A stretch of 64,000 nt of DNA from an uncultured delta proteobacterium (lineage in GTDB: Bacteria > Myxococcota_A > Polyangia > Palsa-1104), in NCBI GenBank assembly GCA_963816965.1, contig CAWFMP010000002.1:875673-939672 (forward strand). Reading direction: 5' to 3'. Below the pieces are notes generated by a model, which was not told the DNA's origin, did no database searches, and saw only the letters and a list, made by a program, of their open reading frames with translations. The position numbers were made by a program, and so were the translations under genes. Numbering within the stretch: the first letter of the stretch is position 1; each line of letters opens with the position of its first letter. Positions 17,382 to 26,783 of this stretch are shown in pieces.

Positions 17382-19091
17382 TTGATCTTGTGGGAGCAAG
17401 AGGCGAAGATCACGCTCGTGCGGCGCGCGTTCTTCATCGCCTGCGTGCTCGGTTGCGCCGCAGCCGCGCGAGCCCAATCCTCGACGGTGCTCGAGTGGCC
17501 GCCGCGGCCGCCGCCCGACATGGCGGCGCCACCGGCGCGGGCCCCGCCCGACCTGGGCGCGCCGCGGAGCGACCTCGGGCGGCCCGCCGCCCCGTCGGAC
17601 ATGGGGGCGCCCGACGCCCGGCCGCCGGGCCCCGCGCCGTCGACGACGGGCCCCGGCGGCATCAAGGCCATCGACGTCCCCGCCGGCAAGACGTTCGATC
17701 AGGTCGCGCTGCCCAAGGGCACCATCACCTCCGCCGACTCGCGCGGCATCGGCGACGTCATCACCGACGTCAAGGTGGTCGACAACACGCGCACCGACTC
17801 GGAGACCGTGCGCTACATCGCCGGCGTCAAGCCGGGCGAGATCCTCACCGCCGACCTCGTCGAGCAGGTCAGGGAGCGCCTGCTCACCGTCGGGCTGTTC
17901 AAGGACGTCAACGTCTACTGGGAGCCGTCCGTTCCCGGCGCCAGCGCCGGCCAGCGCCTCGTCCTCAGCGTGCACGACAAGCTGAGCTGGATCGTCGCGC
18001 CCATCTTCCACTACTCGACCGGCGACTACGGCGGCGGCCTCGCCTACGCCAACTCCAACCTGCTCGGCACCAACAAGAAGCTGCTGCTCATCGCCCAGTA
18101 CACCACGTCGACCAGCTTGCTCTTCTTCGCCTTCCTCGATCCCAACATCCGCAACTCGCGCTTCTACTACCGCGTCGACGCCCTGTTGCGCCGCGACAAC
18201 ATCTGGGAGTACGCGGCGGGCAACATCGGCGACCCGCGCATCGAGCGCACCACCGCCCTGGACACCTTCGGCGCCGCCGCGCTCGCCGGCGTCAACTTCA
18301 CGCGCCACCTGCACTTCGACCTGCGGCTGAAGATCTACTACGACAACGTCGAGACGCCGCAGTGCTTCAACACCACCACCTCCGACGGCTCGGGCACGCC
18401 CGACGTCGTCGCCGAGCAGGGCGGCAACTGCCTGGCGCCGTCGCGCTCGGGCTGGGACAACACGCTCACGGCGCACGTCGGTTACGACGGTCGCAGCAAC
18501 GTCTACGGCGTACTCCACGGCCTGCTCATCGACACCACCTACCAGTACGGCGCCAGCTGGCTGGGCACCGGCCAGGACTACCACCTGCTCTCGCTCTACG
18601 GCGCGTACGCCTGGCGCTTCTTCAAGGAGCACAACCTCATCCTGAAGCTGGGCGCCGACGTCTTCTTCGACCCGCCGTTCAAGATGGAGGTCGAGACCGG
18701 CGGTCCGCTCATGCGCGGCCTCGTCTTCCGCCAGTACCGCGGCGACACCGACGCCCGGGCGACGCTCGAGTACATCCTGCCGCTGTTCACCGTCTACGGG
18801 CTGTCGGTGCGCATGATCGGCTTCTACGACACCAACCTGACCTGGTTCCGCTCCCTGCCCGATCAGTCGTCGCCGCTGGCGCGCCTGGTGACGCACGGCT
18901 CGAATTTCCGCGACTACCTGCCCGACACCCCGTCGGGCGTGGTGCGCGAGTCGTGGCACAACGGCCTCGGCGGCGGCCTGCGGCTCTATCTGCGCGGCGT
19001 CATCCTGCCGCTGCTCGGCGTCGACTTCGCCTACGGCCTCGAGGGCAACGAATTCCAATGGTACATCTCGATCGGCTCGACGCTGGACTAA
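17382..19091 (+). CDS. Omp85 (BamA/TamA)-family outer-membrane protein, POTRA + beta-barrel
   Basis: Signal peptide RRAFFIACVLGCAAAARAQ; POTRA-like VKVVDNTRTDSETVRYIAGVKPGEILT; C-terminal barrel strands; diverges from the TPR gene. Confidence 0.75.
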   Translation: MILWEQEAKITLVRRAFFIACVLGCAAAARAQSSTVLEWPPRPPPDMAAPPARAPPDLGAPRSDLGRPAAPSDMGAPDARPPGPAPSTTGPGGIKAIDVPAGKTFDQVALPKGTITSADSRGIGDVITDVKVVDNTRTDSETVRYIAGVKPGEILTADLVEQVRERLLTVGLFKDVNVYWEPSVPGASAGQRLVLSVHDKLSWIVAPIFHYSTGDYGGGLAYANSNLLGTNKKLLLIAQYTTSTSLLFFAFLDPNIRNSRFYYRVDALLRRDNIWEYAAGNIGDPRIERTTALDTFGAAALAGVNFTRHLHFDLRLKIYYDNVETPQCFNTTTSDGSGTPDVVAEQGGNCLAPSRSGWDNTLTAHVGYDGRSNVYGVLHGLLIDTTYQYGASWLGTGQDYHLLSLYGAYAWRFFKEHNLILKLGADVFFDPPFKMEVETGGPLMRGLVFRQYRGDTDARATLEYILPLFTVYGLSVRMIGFYDTNLTWFRSLPDQSSPLARLVTHGSNFRDYLPDTPSGVVRESWHNGLGGGLRLYLRGVILPLLGVDFAYGLEGNEFQWYISIGSTLD

Positions 19092-19107
19092 GCCCCGGTC
19101 GGGCACT

Positions 19108-21123
19108 ATGATCGCTCGTTCGCCGATGCGTTTCTGCCCCTTTTGCGCGCAAGACAACCCCGACGACGCCCGCGAGTGCGTGCACTGCGGCAAGCGTCTC
19201 CCCGTGCTGCGTCACGCGCCGGCGCGCCCATCTCCGTCGGTGCACAAGCCGCCGGCGCCGCGGCCGGCGCCGCCACGGCCGGCCCCGCGCGCGCCGTCGA
19301 TGGCCCCGCCCCTGACGAGCTCGGCGCCGCAGGCGTTCGCGCCCACGGCGTTGCCGGGCACGCTGCCGCCGGTGCGGCCGCACGCGTCCAGCAACGGCCC
19401 GGCCAAGTCGGCGCCCGGCGACGCCACGCTCAAGCCGATCTCCGACGCCGAGGAGACGCACGAGGTGATCTCGCCCCCGATGGCGGCGAGCAAGTCGGCG
19501 CCCACCGGCACGCTGCTCGGCATCCCGGCGCAGGAGATTCCGGGCTCGAACCATCCGGCGTCGCACGGCGACAGCGAGCGGCGCACCACCAAGCCGCTCT
19601 CGCTCGCCGACGTGGCCAAGAAGGGCAAGCGCGGCGCCGCCCCCGACTTCGACGACGACGACGACGCGCAGACGGCGGTGCAGGCGCCGGCCACCATCGT
19701 CGACGACCTGCCGACCTCGCCCACCCCGCGGCTCGATCCGGAGCTCGACGACAACGCGCCCACCAGCGCGCGTCCGGCGCCGCGCTCGCGTCCGCTCGAT
19801 CGCATGTCGACGACGCCGACCTCGAGCTCGACGGTGCCGAACCGACCGGCGCCGCTGCCCAAGCGACCGACGCCGCTGCCGTCGATGCCGACGCGGCCGA
19901 CCTCGTCGCCCCCAGCCCCGGGGATGGCGCCCACCAAGCCGACCAAGCTCCCGTCGGGCGCGATGCCGGAGCCGCTGCCGCCGCCGCCGCGCGTGGGCAA
20001 CGACGAGGGCGCCTTCCCGCAGCTCGACGTCGGGCCGACGCCCGCGCTGCCGACGATGGCGCTGCCGCCGATGCCCGAGCATCCGCGGTCGGGCTCGATT
20101 GTTGACGCAGTCAAGTATCTGCTGCCGCTGGCCAAGGCGATCTGGGCGCGCAAGCAGGCGCAGGAGGCGATTCGCACGCTGCTCCACGGCGACCAGCGGC
20201 TGCTCGACAGCGTGCTGCGCGATCTCGGTCGCGTCGCCCGCGAGCAGCAGGTCAGCGCGCCCGCGATCGCCGAGGAGATGCGGCGTGTGATCGCCGAAGA
20301 GGAGCGCCGCGCCGCCGCCGATCAGGCGCTCGCCGACAGCGATACGGCGAAGAAGAAGGAAGAGGAGCGCTGGCACTTCGACCAGGGCGAGCGCCTGTCG
20401 GACCTGGCGCGACGCGAAGCCGAGCTCAAGGTCACCGACGAGGATCTACGCAAGAGCGCCGAGGTGCGGCGCGGCCACGAAGCCGAGCGCGCGAAGATCG
20501 ACGCGCAGATCCGTGCCGCCGAGAAGCGCGCCGCCGCCGCCGACGCCAAGGCGGCCAAGGCGGAGGTGACGCCGCCGGAGAAGGGCGGCGGGCCCAACAC
20601 GGCGGCCAACGCCCGCGCCGAGGCTGCCGAGGCGCGCAAGGAGGCGACCGCGCTCATCCCCGCCCGCGACGCGGCGCGCGCCGAGGTCGACAAGCTCGAG
20701 CAGCCCATCGGCGAGTTGACCAAGAAGATCACCGACGGGCGCGCCACGCTGGTGCAGAAGCGCCGCGAGCTGCAAGAGGCCAAGGCCACGCACGAACGGA
20801 CCCTGACCGAGCTCCAGACCGCGCGCGAGCAGGCCGCCGCCGAGCGCGACGCCGCCGAGCGCGAGCTGACGCAGCGCTTCGTCACCGCGGGCACGCTGCT
20901 CAACCTCAACCGCGTCGAGCACCCCAAGCTCCAGCCGCTCTTCGCCCGCATCGACGAGGTCCGCAGCGGCGTCAACGCCCGCGAAGCCGCCATCGTCCGC
21001 CTCGAATCCGAACGCCGCCTCTACGACCGCGGCGCCGTGCAAAAGGGCCTCCTCACCGTCGGCATCGCCTTCGGCACCCTGATCCTCCTCACCATCATCC
21101 TCATCGTCCTCGTCAAGCGTTAG
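19108..21123 (+). CDS. zinc-ribbon / Pro-rich / coiled-coil protein with C-terminal TM anchor
   Basis: N-terminal FCPFCAQDNPDDARECVHCGKRL; ~300 aa of P/A/S-rich low complexity; long coiled coil; C-terminal LLTVGIAFGTLILLTIILIVLVKR. Confidence 0.7.
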   Translation: MIARSPMRFCPFCAQDNPDDARECVHCGKRLPVLRHAPARPSPSVHKPPAPRPAPPRPAPRAPSMAPPLTSSAPQAFAPTALPGTLPPVRPHASSNGPAKSAPGDATLKPISDAEETHEVISPPMAASKSAPTGTLLGIPAQEIPGSNHPASHGDSERRTTKPLSLADVAKKGKRGAAPDFDDDDDAQTAVQAPATIVDDLPTSPTPRLDPELDDNAPTSARPAPRSRPLDRMSTTPTSSSTVPNRPAPLPKRPTPLPSMPTRPTSSPPAPGMAPTKPTKLPSGAMPEPLPPPPRVGNDEGAFPQLDVGPTPALPTMALPPMPEHPRSGSIVDAVKYLLPLAKAIWARKQAQEAIRTLLHGDQRLLDSVLRDLGRVAREQQVSAPAIAEEMRRVIAEEERRAAADQALADSDTAKKKEEERWHFDQGERLSDLARREAELKVTDEDLRKSAEVRRGHEAERAKIDAQIRAAEKRAAAADAKAAKAEVTPPEKGGGPNTAANARAEAAEARKEATALIPARDAARAEVDKLEQPIGELTKKITDGRATLVQKRRELQEAKATHERTLTELQTAREQAAAERDAAERELTQRFVTAGTLLNLNRVEHPKLQPLFARIDEVRSGVNAREAAIVRLESERRLYDRGAVQKGLLTVGIAFGTLILLTIILIVLVKR

Positions 21124-21210
21124 CGCTTTTCGCCCAAGAAGGCCGACCTCCTCCGCATCAAGCGCCACCGTCGCGCAGCGCGCGCTCGGCCGTCCCGCGT
21201 CCGCGCCTGC

Positions 21211-22044
21211 CTAAACCGCCGCCCGCTGCTGATCCCGATCCTTCTTGATGCGGAGGATGTCGGCCGCCGTCTCCTCCACGGCCTTGCCGGTAATATCGAT
21301 CACCGGCCACGACGGATTCTGCCGAAACACCGACTGCGCGTACGCGATCTCCTGCGAGATGTGGTCGCGCTGCCCGTACGACGTATCCGCCGGCATGCCC
21401 AGGTGCTTGAGCCGCGCCTGCCGGATCTGCAGCAGCGCCTCGGCCTTGATGGTCAGCCCGAAGACGCGCTCCTGATCGATCGCGAACAGCTCGGCCGGCG
21501 GATCGATCCCCAGCACCAGCGGCACGTTCGCCACCTTGAAGCCCTTCTGCGCCAGGAACGTCGACAGCGGCGTCTTCGACGTGCGCGAGATGCCGACCAG
21601 CACCAGATCCGCCTTGGGCAGGTTGCGCGGCTCGCGCCCGTCGTCGTTGCGCACGGTGAACTCGACCGCCTCGATGCGCCGGAAGTACTCGTCGCCGATG
21701 GTGTGCAAGAGGCCGGGGACGCCCTTGGGCTGCGTCCCCAGATACGACGACAGCTTGGCCATGAGCGTGCCGATGAGATCGACGGCGTCGACGTTCTCCT
21801 CGTCGCACAGCCGGCGCAACAGCTCGCGGTGCGCCGTCGACACCACGGTGAACACCACCAGCGCCTTCATGTGCTTGGCCCGGTTGACGATCGAGCGCAT
21901 CTCCGCCTCCAGCCGCACGCGGGTGTACATGCGCAGCTGCACCGGCACCGTGTTGAACTGCAGCAGCGCCGCGCGCACCACCTTCTCGGCCGTCTCGCCG
22001 GTGGCGTCGGAGATGACGAAGATGAGCCGGGGCTCGCCCATGAT
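21211..22044 (-). CDS. PEP synthetase / pyruvate phosphate dikinase regulatory protein (PSRP, kinase/pyrophosphorylase, DUF299)
   Basis: 277 aa; LIFVISDATGETAEKV N-terminus and P-loop-like GISRTSKTP characteristic of YdiA/PSRP family. Confidence 0.85.
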   Translation of the reverse strand: MMGEPRLIFVISDATGETAEKVVRAALLQFNTVPVQLRMYTRVRLEAEMRSIVNRAKHMKALVVFTVVSTAHRELLRRLCDEENVDAVDLIGTLMAKLSSYLGTQPKGVPGLLHTIGDEYFRRIEAVEFTVRNDDGREPRNLPKADLVLVGISRTSKTPLSTFLAQKGFKVANVPLVLGIDPPAELFAIDQERVFGLTIKAEALLQIRQARLKHLGMPADTSYGQRDHISQEIAYAQSVFRQNPSWPVIDITGKAVEETAADILRIKKDRDQQRAAV

Positions 22045-22071
22045 CCGCGGCGGATGGTAGCATGCGCGCAA

Positions 22072-23472
22072 ATGCGCGTACTCATCGTCGTTTGCTCTTT
22101 CGTCACACTGTTCGGGATCGTGGTCGCCTGCAACGGCCCCGACCAGGGGCCGCGCTCGACGCTGTCGACCGATCAGGCGGCGGCCGCACGCCAGGCGTGC
22201 ATGTTCGGCGCCGGCACGCTGCCCGGCTTGTCGCAGGCCAAGGACGCGCCGCTCGGCAGCGAGATGCCCATCGACACCATCGTCGTCCTGATGATGGAGA
22301 ACCGCTCGTTCGATCATCTCCTGCAGAACCTGCCCGCCTTCGGCCAGCCCGACGCCGAGGTCGCCCCCGCCAACGTCACCAACCCCGACGCCGACGGCAC
22401 GCCCCGGCCCACCTACCACCTGGCCGAGTACTGCTTCGACGACACCTCGCACGGCTGGACCGACGTGCACACCGAGTGGGACCAAGGCGCCATGGACGGC
22501 TTCGTCGTCGCCAACAACCACAACGACTCCGCGCCCGCCGACGGCAAGCGCGCCATGGGCTACTACACCGAGCAGGATCTGCCGTTCTTCTACAGCCTGG
22601 CCAACACCTTCGCGCTCGCCGATCACAACTTCTCGTCGGTGCTCGGCCCGACCTTCCCCAACCGCGAGTACCTCTACGCCGCCACCTCGTTCGGCCACAT
22701 CGGCAACGACGTCTTCGGCGACGAGGAGCCGACGCTGTTTCAAGAGCTGGTGAACGCCAAGGTCGACTGGCGTATCTACTACACGGACCTGCCGGGCGCC
22801 TTCATCTTCCTCGGCACGCTCTCGGCCTACCTCGACAACACCAACAGCATCGGGACCTTCTTCAGCGACGCCCAGGCGGGCATGCTCGGGCAGCTCAACT
22901 TCGTCGATCCCACGCTCGGCAAGGGCGGCTACAGCCGCGACGACTTCCATCCGCCGGGCGACGTGCAGGAGGGCGAGAAGTTCCTCAGCGACGTGGTCAC
23001 CGCGCTCATGCAGTCGCCGCAGTGGTCGCACAGCGCGCTCATCGTCACCTTCGACGAGCACGGCGGCATCTACGACCACGTGCCGCCGCCGCCCGCCTGC
23101 GCGCCCGACGCCATCGCGCCCATCACCAACCCCAACGACAACGCGCCGGGCGACTTCGCCAACTACGGCGTGCGCGTGCCGCTCATCGTCGTGTCGCCCT
23201 ACGCCAAGCCGCACTTCGTCTCGCACACGGTCTACGACCACACCTCGATCACCCGCTTCATCGAGACCCGCTTCAAGCTGCCGGCGCTGACCGCCCGCGA
23301 CGCCAACGCCGATCCGCTCACCGATCTCTTCGACTTCAAGAAGGCCGCGTTCGCCACGCCCCCGTCGCTGCCGACGCCGACCGTCGACCCGCAGAAGCTC
23401 GCCGACTGCCTGCAGCGCTATCCGGACGACGGCGGCATCGGCTTCAGCCCCGACATGGGCCCGCAGCCGTGA
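22072..23472 (+). CDS. phosphoesterase-family lipoprotein (non-haemolytic phospholipase C / acid phosphatase family)
   Basis: 466 aa; lipobox VVACNG; IDTIVVLMMENRSFDHLLQNL, CFDDTSHGWTD, FLSDVVTALMQSPQWSHSALIVTFDEHGGIYDHVPPP match phosphoesterase family. Confidence 0.85.
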   Translation: MRVLIVVCSFVTLFGIVVACNGPDQGPRSTLSTDQAAAARQACMFGAGTLPGLSQAKDAPLGSEMPIDTIVVLMMENRSFDHLLQNLPAFGQPDAEVAPANVTNPDADGTPRPTYHLAEYCFDDTSHGWTDVHTEWDQGAMDGFVVANNHNDSAPADGKRAMGYYTEQDLPFFYSLANTFALADHNFSSVLGPTFPNREYLYAATSFGHIGNDVFGDEEPTLFQELVNAKVDWRIYYTDLPGAFIFLGTLSAYLDNTNSIGTFFSDAQAGMLGQLNFVDPTLGKGGYSRDDFHPPGDVQEGEKFLSDVVTALMQSPQWSHSALIVTFDEHGGIYDHVPPPPACAPDAIAPITNPNDNAPGDFANYGVRVPLIVVSPYAKPHFVSHTVYDHTSITRFIETRFKLPALTARDANADPLTDLFDFKKAAFATPPSLPTPTVDPQKLADCLQRYPDDGGIGFSPDMGPQP

Positions 23473-24014
23473 GCGGGGCGCCGCAGCCGTCGCTGACGAC
23501 AGCGCGGCTGCGGCTACGCCCGCTTGCGCCCGACGACGCCGCAGCTCTGCAGCGCCACGCCGGCCGGTTCGAGGTCGCCGGCACCACCATCAACATCCCG
23601 CATCCGTATGCGGAGGGGGCGGCCGAGTCGTTCATCGCCGCGCAGACCCTCGGGTGGCGCGAGGATCGATCGGCCACGTGGGCGGTCACCCGCGATGGCG
23701 ACTTCATCGGCTGCGTCGGGCTGCAGCTGGTGTCGCGCGCTCACGCGCGCGCGCGCCTCGGCTATTGGATCGCCCACCCCGAGTGGAACCGCGGCTACGC
23801 GACCGAGGCCTGCCGCGCCGTCGTCGACTGGGCGTTCGCCGACGGCTGGCACCGGGTCGAAGCCGACCACCTGTGCCGCAACCCGGCGTCAGGCCGCGTG
23901 ATGCAGAAGCTCGGGATGCGCCACGAAGGGCGCATGCGGGCGTACTACCGGCGCTTCGACCAGTGGGAGGACGTGGAGCTCTATGCGCTCGTCGGGGGCG
24001 ACAGCGATCGCTGA
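23469..24014 (+). CDS. GNAT family N-acetyltransferase (RimJ/RimL-like)
   Basis: 181 aa; GTG start overlaps phosphoesterase stop (GTGA); WNRGYATEACRAVVDWAF motif region. Confidence 0.8.
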   Translation: MSGAPQPSLTTARLRLRPLAPDDAAALQRHAGRFEVAGTTINIPHPYAEGAAESFIAAQTLGWREDRSATWAVTRDGDFIGCVGLQLVSRAHARARLGYWIAHPEWNRGYATEACRAVVDWAFADGWHRVEADHLCRNPASGRVMQKLGMRHEGRMRAYYRRFDQWEDVELYALVGGDSDR

Positions 24015-24046
24015 GCGGCGGGTGGGCGGCGGTGGGTCGCACGGCC

Positions 24047-24230
24047 GGCCCCGCGCGCGCTGCCCCGCTGGGCTCAAACAGTCCTCGCCACCGGGACGTT
24101 GTGCTCGATTCCACCCCTTGCCGGTGCTGCGGAACTCGCCCCGCGGGGCAGCGCGCGCGGGGCCGGCCGTGCTCGCCTTGGGGGTGGGAACTCGCCCCGC
24201 GGGGCAGCGCGCGCGGGGCCGGCCGTGCTC
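24047..24230. repeat. family A MITE-like element, copy 3, with a tandem partial duplication of its right end
   Basis: Right-hand 45 bp (GGGAACTCGCCCCGCGGGGCAGCGCGCGCGGGGCCGGCCGTGCTCG) repeated twice. Confidence 0.8.
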
Positions 24231-24288
24231 GTCTTGGGGGTGGCGTCGTTTCTGCGGCGAGACACGCAGCGCTGGATTGGCGCGCCGG

Positions 24289-24747
24289 TCAGCGGCGTTT
24301 GGGGCGGGTGCGCAGCATCTGCAGGGTGCGGTCGATGCGGGCCTGGCGGGTCTCTTCGCGCTTGGCTTCGTTGATGGCGCGCACGTGCTCGCGGCGGTGC
24401 GACGGGGCCAGTGACTGCCACACGCGGCGCGCCAGGGCGTCTTTGCGCAGCGCTCGTGCCAGCGCCGGGGGGACGGTGTCTTCGGGCAGCGGCTCGTCGT
24501 CGCGCTCGATCTCGATCGCCACCGTGTCGCCTGCCTCGACGCCCGCCGCTGCGAGCGTCGCCTTGTGCACGCCCAGGTGGTAGCGCCCCGCGGACTTCAT
24601 GAGCGAGCTGCGATAGGCCGTGCCGGCGACGGTGCCGCGCACGCGCGTGCCGTGCTCGAGCTCCACCTTGGCGGCGATGTCGTCGGGGACCAGGACGTAG
24701 TGGCCGCCGCCCTCGACCGGTTCGATGCGGGCGCGAAAGCGGGTCAC
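24289..24747 (-). CDS. DUF1905 / YdeI-like protein
   Basis: 152 aa; GTG start overlaps stop of the radical SAM gene (GTGA); resemblance to YdeI/OmpD-associated family C-terminus. Confidence 0.65.
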   Translation of the reverse strand: MTRFRARIEPVEGGGHYVLVPDDIAAKVELEHGTRVRGTVAGTAYRSSLMKSAGRYHLGVHKATLAAAGVEAGDTVAIEIERDDEPLPEDTVPPALARALRKDALARRVWQSLAPSHRREHVRAINEAKREETRQARIDRTLQMLRTRPKRR

Positions 24748-25983
24748 GCGATCACCGGGAGGCGCCGCGCCGGCGCCGCCACGCCGTGGGCGGCGCGCCA
24801 GTCGATGACCCGCGGGCACTCGGGATCGGGCGCCGTGGCGTCGCCGCTGACGTGCATGGTGACCACGCGGCAGCCGCCGCGGCAGAGCGCCAGGTAGTCG
24901 CACGAGCGGCACGGCTCGGCGGCAGCCTCGCGCCAGCGGCGGAAAGGACCGAAGGCGCCCTCGTCGTCCCAGTAGCCGCCGATGCCGTCGACGCGCTGGT
25001 CGACCGGCGGCGCGAAGCTGCACGCCGTCAGCATCCCCGACGCCTTGGCGCCGACGAGCAGGTCGCCGCCGGCGCAGCCGTAGATGGCGAGCCACTGCAT
25101 CACCTTCGGCTTGATGCGGTGGTGCGTGACCATCGGCGTGTACGAGCAGTCGAGCCGCACCCGCAGCCGGTGCTTGCGCGCCAGCTTCAAGATCGCAGGC
25201 ACCAGCGCCCGATGCTGCTCGTCGGTGCAGCGGAGCGCCTCGTAGGTCTTGATGCCGCGCCCCGACGGCTTGAAGCGCAGAAGCTCCACCTCGCGCAGCT
25301 TGCGCTTCTTGGCGTAGGCGAAGACGCGCCCCAGCCCGTCGAAGCTGCCGCGCGTGACGACGCAGTTGATGCCGACGTGCTTGGTCGCCCGGCGCAGCGC
25401 CACCACCGCGCGATCGGCGCGCTCGAAGCCGTCGAAAGCCGCGCACGCGCGCGTAGTCCTCGCCGACGCCGTCGATCGACACGTTGATCTGCCCGAACAG
25501 CGGCGCCCAGCCGACCAGGCGCTCCAGCTCGGCCTCGCCGTACAGCCCCGACGTCGTCAGGTTGGGCACCAGGCCGCGGGCGCGCGCGTGCTCGGCCGCC
25601 TCGCCGAGCCACGGCAGCAGCGCCGACTCGCCGCCGCCGAGCGCCAGGTGGAACACGCCGCGCGCCGCCAGCGCGTCGATGGCCCGCTTCCAGTCGTCGA
25701 GGCCCCATTCGCCGGCGGCGCCGGTGGGGGTGGCGCCGGTGTAGCAGCCCTGGCAGCCCGCCTCGCAGCGGTTGGTCAGCTGCAGGTGCGCCTCGAGCGG
25801 AGCCGACAGCCGCGCCTCGCTCCAGCGCTCTTGCGGGTCCGCTTCGCCCCACAGCGGTGACGACCGATACCCGAGCCGCCGGGCCCGGTCGCGGTCCACG
25901 AAGACCAGGGCGCGCGGACGCTCGAGGTGCACGATGCCCCCAAATCTTTCGTAACGAAATCCACGTGGTGTGCGCCCGATCAC
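24744..25983 (-). CDS. radical SAM / SPASM-domain enzyme of the RiPP-maturase type (N-terminal RRE-like extension); one frame disruption near 25400
   Basis: N-terminal FRYERFGGIVHLERPRALVFVDRDRARRLG (typical of peptide-modifying rSAMs), CEAGCQGC CX3CX2C cluster, C-terminal SPASM cysteines CRSCDYLALCRGGCRV; N- and C-halves are in different frames. Confidence 0.7.
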
Positions 25984-26075
25984 GGCTATTTAGCGTAGCA
26001 TAGATAGGATCGCGTCTTTGCCGTGAGGCGCCGGTAACACTTTGGGCGCGTTGGCGAGTATTCGAGGGAGAGGGG

Positions 26076-26783
26076 ATGTCGCTCCTCATAGAGCGGCGCG
26101 AGCTGCTCGATCGGTTCAAGCGCGGAGAGCGACGGGCCCTCGAGGAGGTCTATCGCCACTATGCGCCCGAAGTCGCCGCGTTCCTGCAGCGCGGCTTCAC
26201 GTTTTCGTCCGCGGGGCGGCCGCTGCACTTCCGCGGCTACGCCCAGCCGTTCGACCTCGACAACGCGCTGCAGGAGACCTTCCTGCGCGCGTTCAAGGAG
26301 TCGGCGCGCAGTGGCTACGACGGGCTGCATCCGTACAAGAGCTACCTTCTGGCCATCGCCCGCAACCTCGTGCTCGACGAGTTCCGCAACCGCGAGGTGG
26401 CGATGAGCCCCTTCATCGATCAGCTCGACGGAGGCAGCGCGGTGCCGGAGTCGGCGGCGCGCGACGGTGAAGAGGCGGCGCCGGCGTCGACGGTAGGGGA
26501 CGCGCCGTCGGCCGGTGTCTCGGCGGAGCAGGAGTTCATGCGCCGCGAGCTCGGTCGGCTGTATGCGGCCTTCGTGGAAAGATTGGACGCCAGGGATCGT
26601 ACCTTCTTCCGCCATCGGTTCGAGGAGCAGGAGACCCAAGTGGACGCGGGGCAGGCCAGCGGGCTGTCACACATGCAGGCGCGCACGCTGGAGAAGAAGC
26701 TGCGCCGCGCCTTCCTCGAGTTCATGCAGACCAACGGCTACCTCGAGGCATACGCGACGACCGCGACGGCAAAAGCGACATGA
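26076..26783 (+). CDS. ECF sigma-70 family factor
   Basis: 235 aa; region 2 (ETFLRAFKESARSGYDGLHPYKSYLLAIARNLVLDEFRN) and region 4 present. Confidence 0.85.
   Translation: MSLLIERRELLDRFKRGERRALEEVYRHYAPEVAAFLQRGFTFSSAGRPLHFRGYAQPFDLDNALQETFLRAFKESARSGYDGLHPYKSYLLAIARNLVLDEFRNREVAMSPFIDQLDGGSAVPESAARDGEEAAPASTVGDAPSAGVSAEQEFMRRELGRLYAAFVERLDARDRTFFRHRFEEQETQVDAGQASGLSHMQARTLEKKLRRAFLEFMQTNGYLEAYATTATAKAT

Noticed and set aside
17360-19193. Upstream 600 aa of the 866-aa minus-strand ORF 16593-19193
   Set aside because: Antisense to the Omp85-family gene; only the 3' 255 codons (TPR protein with its own signal peptide) are credible.
19000-20376. 458-aa minus ORF and several other ORFs (19143-20105, 19212-20177) across the Pro-rich region
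   Set aside because: All are alternative-frame readings of the GC-rich Pro/Ala tract of the zinc-ribbon/coiled-coil gene.
24014-24289. Possible CRISPR-like array suggested by the tandemly duplicated 45-bp segment
   Set aside because: Only two units, no unique spacers, and the units are the right end of a family-A MITE; not a CRISPR.
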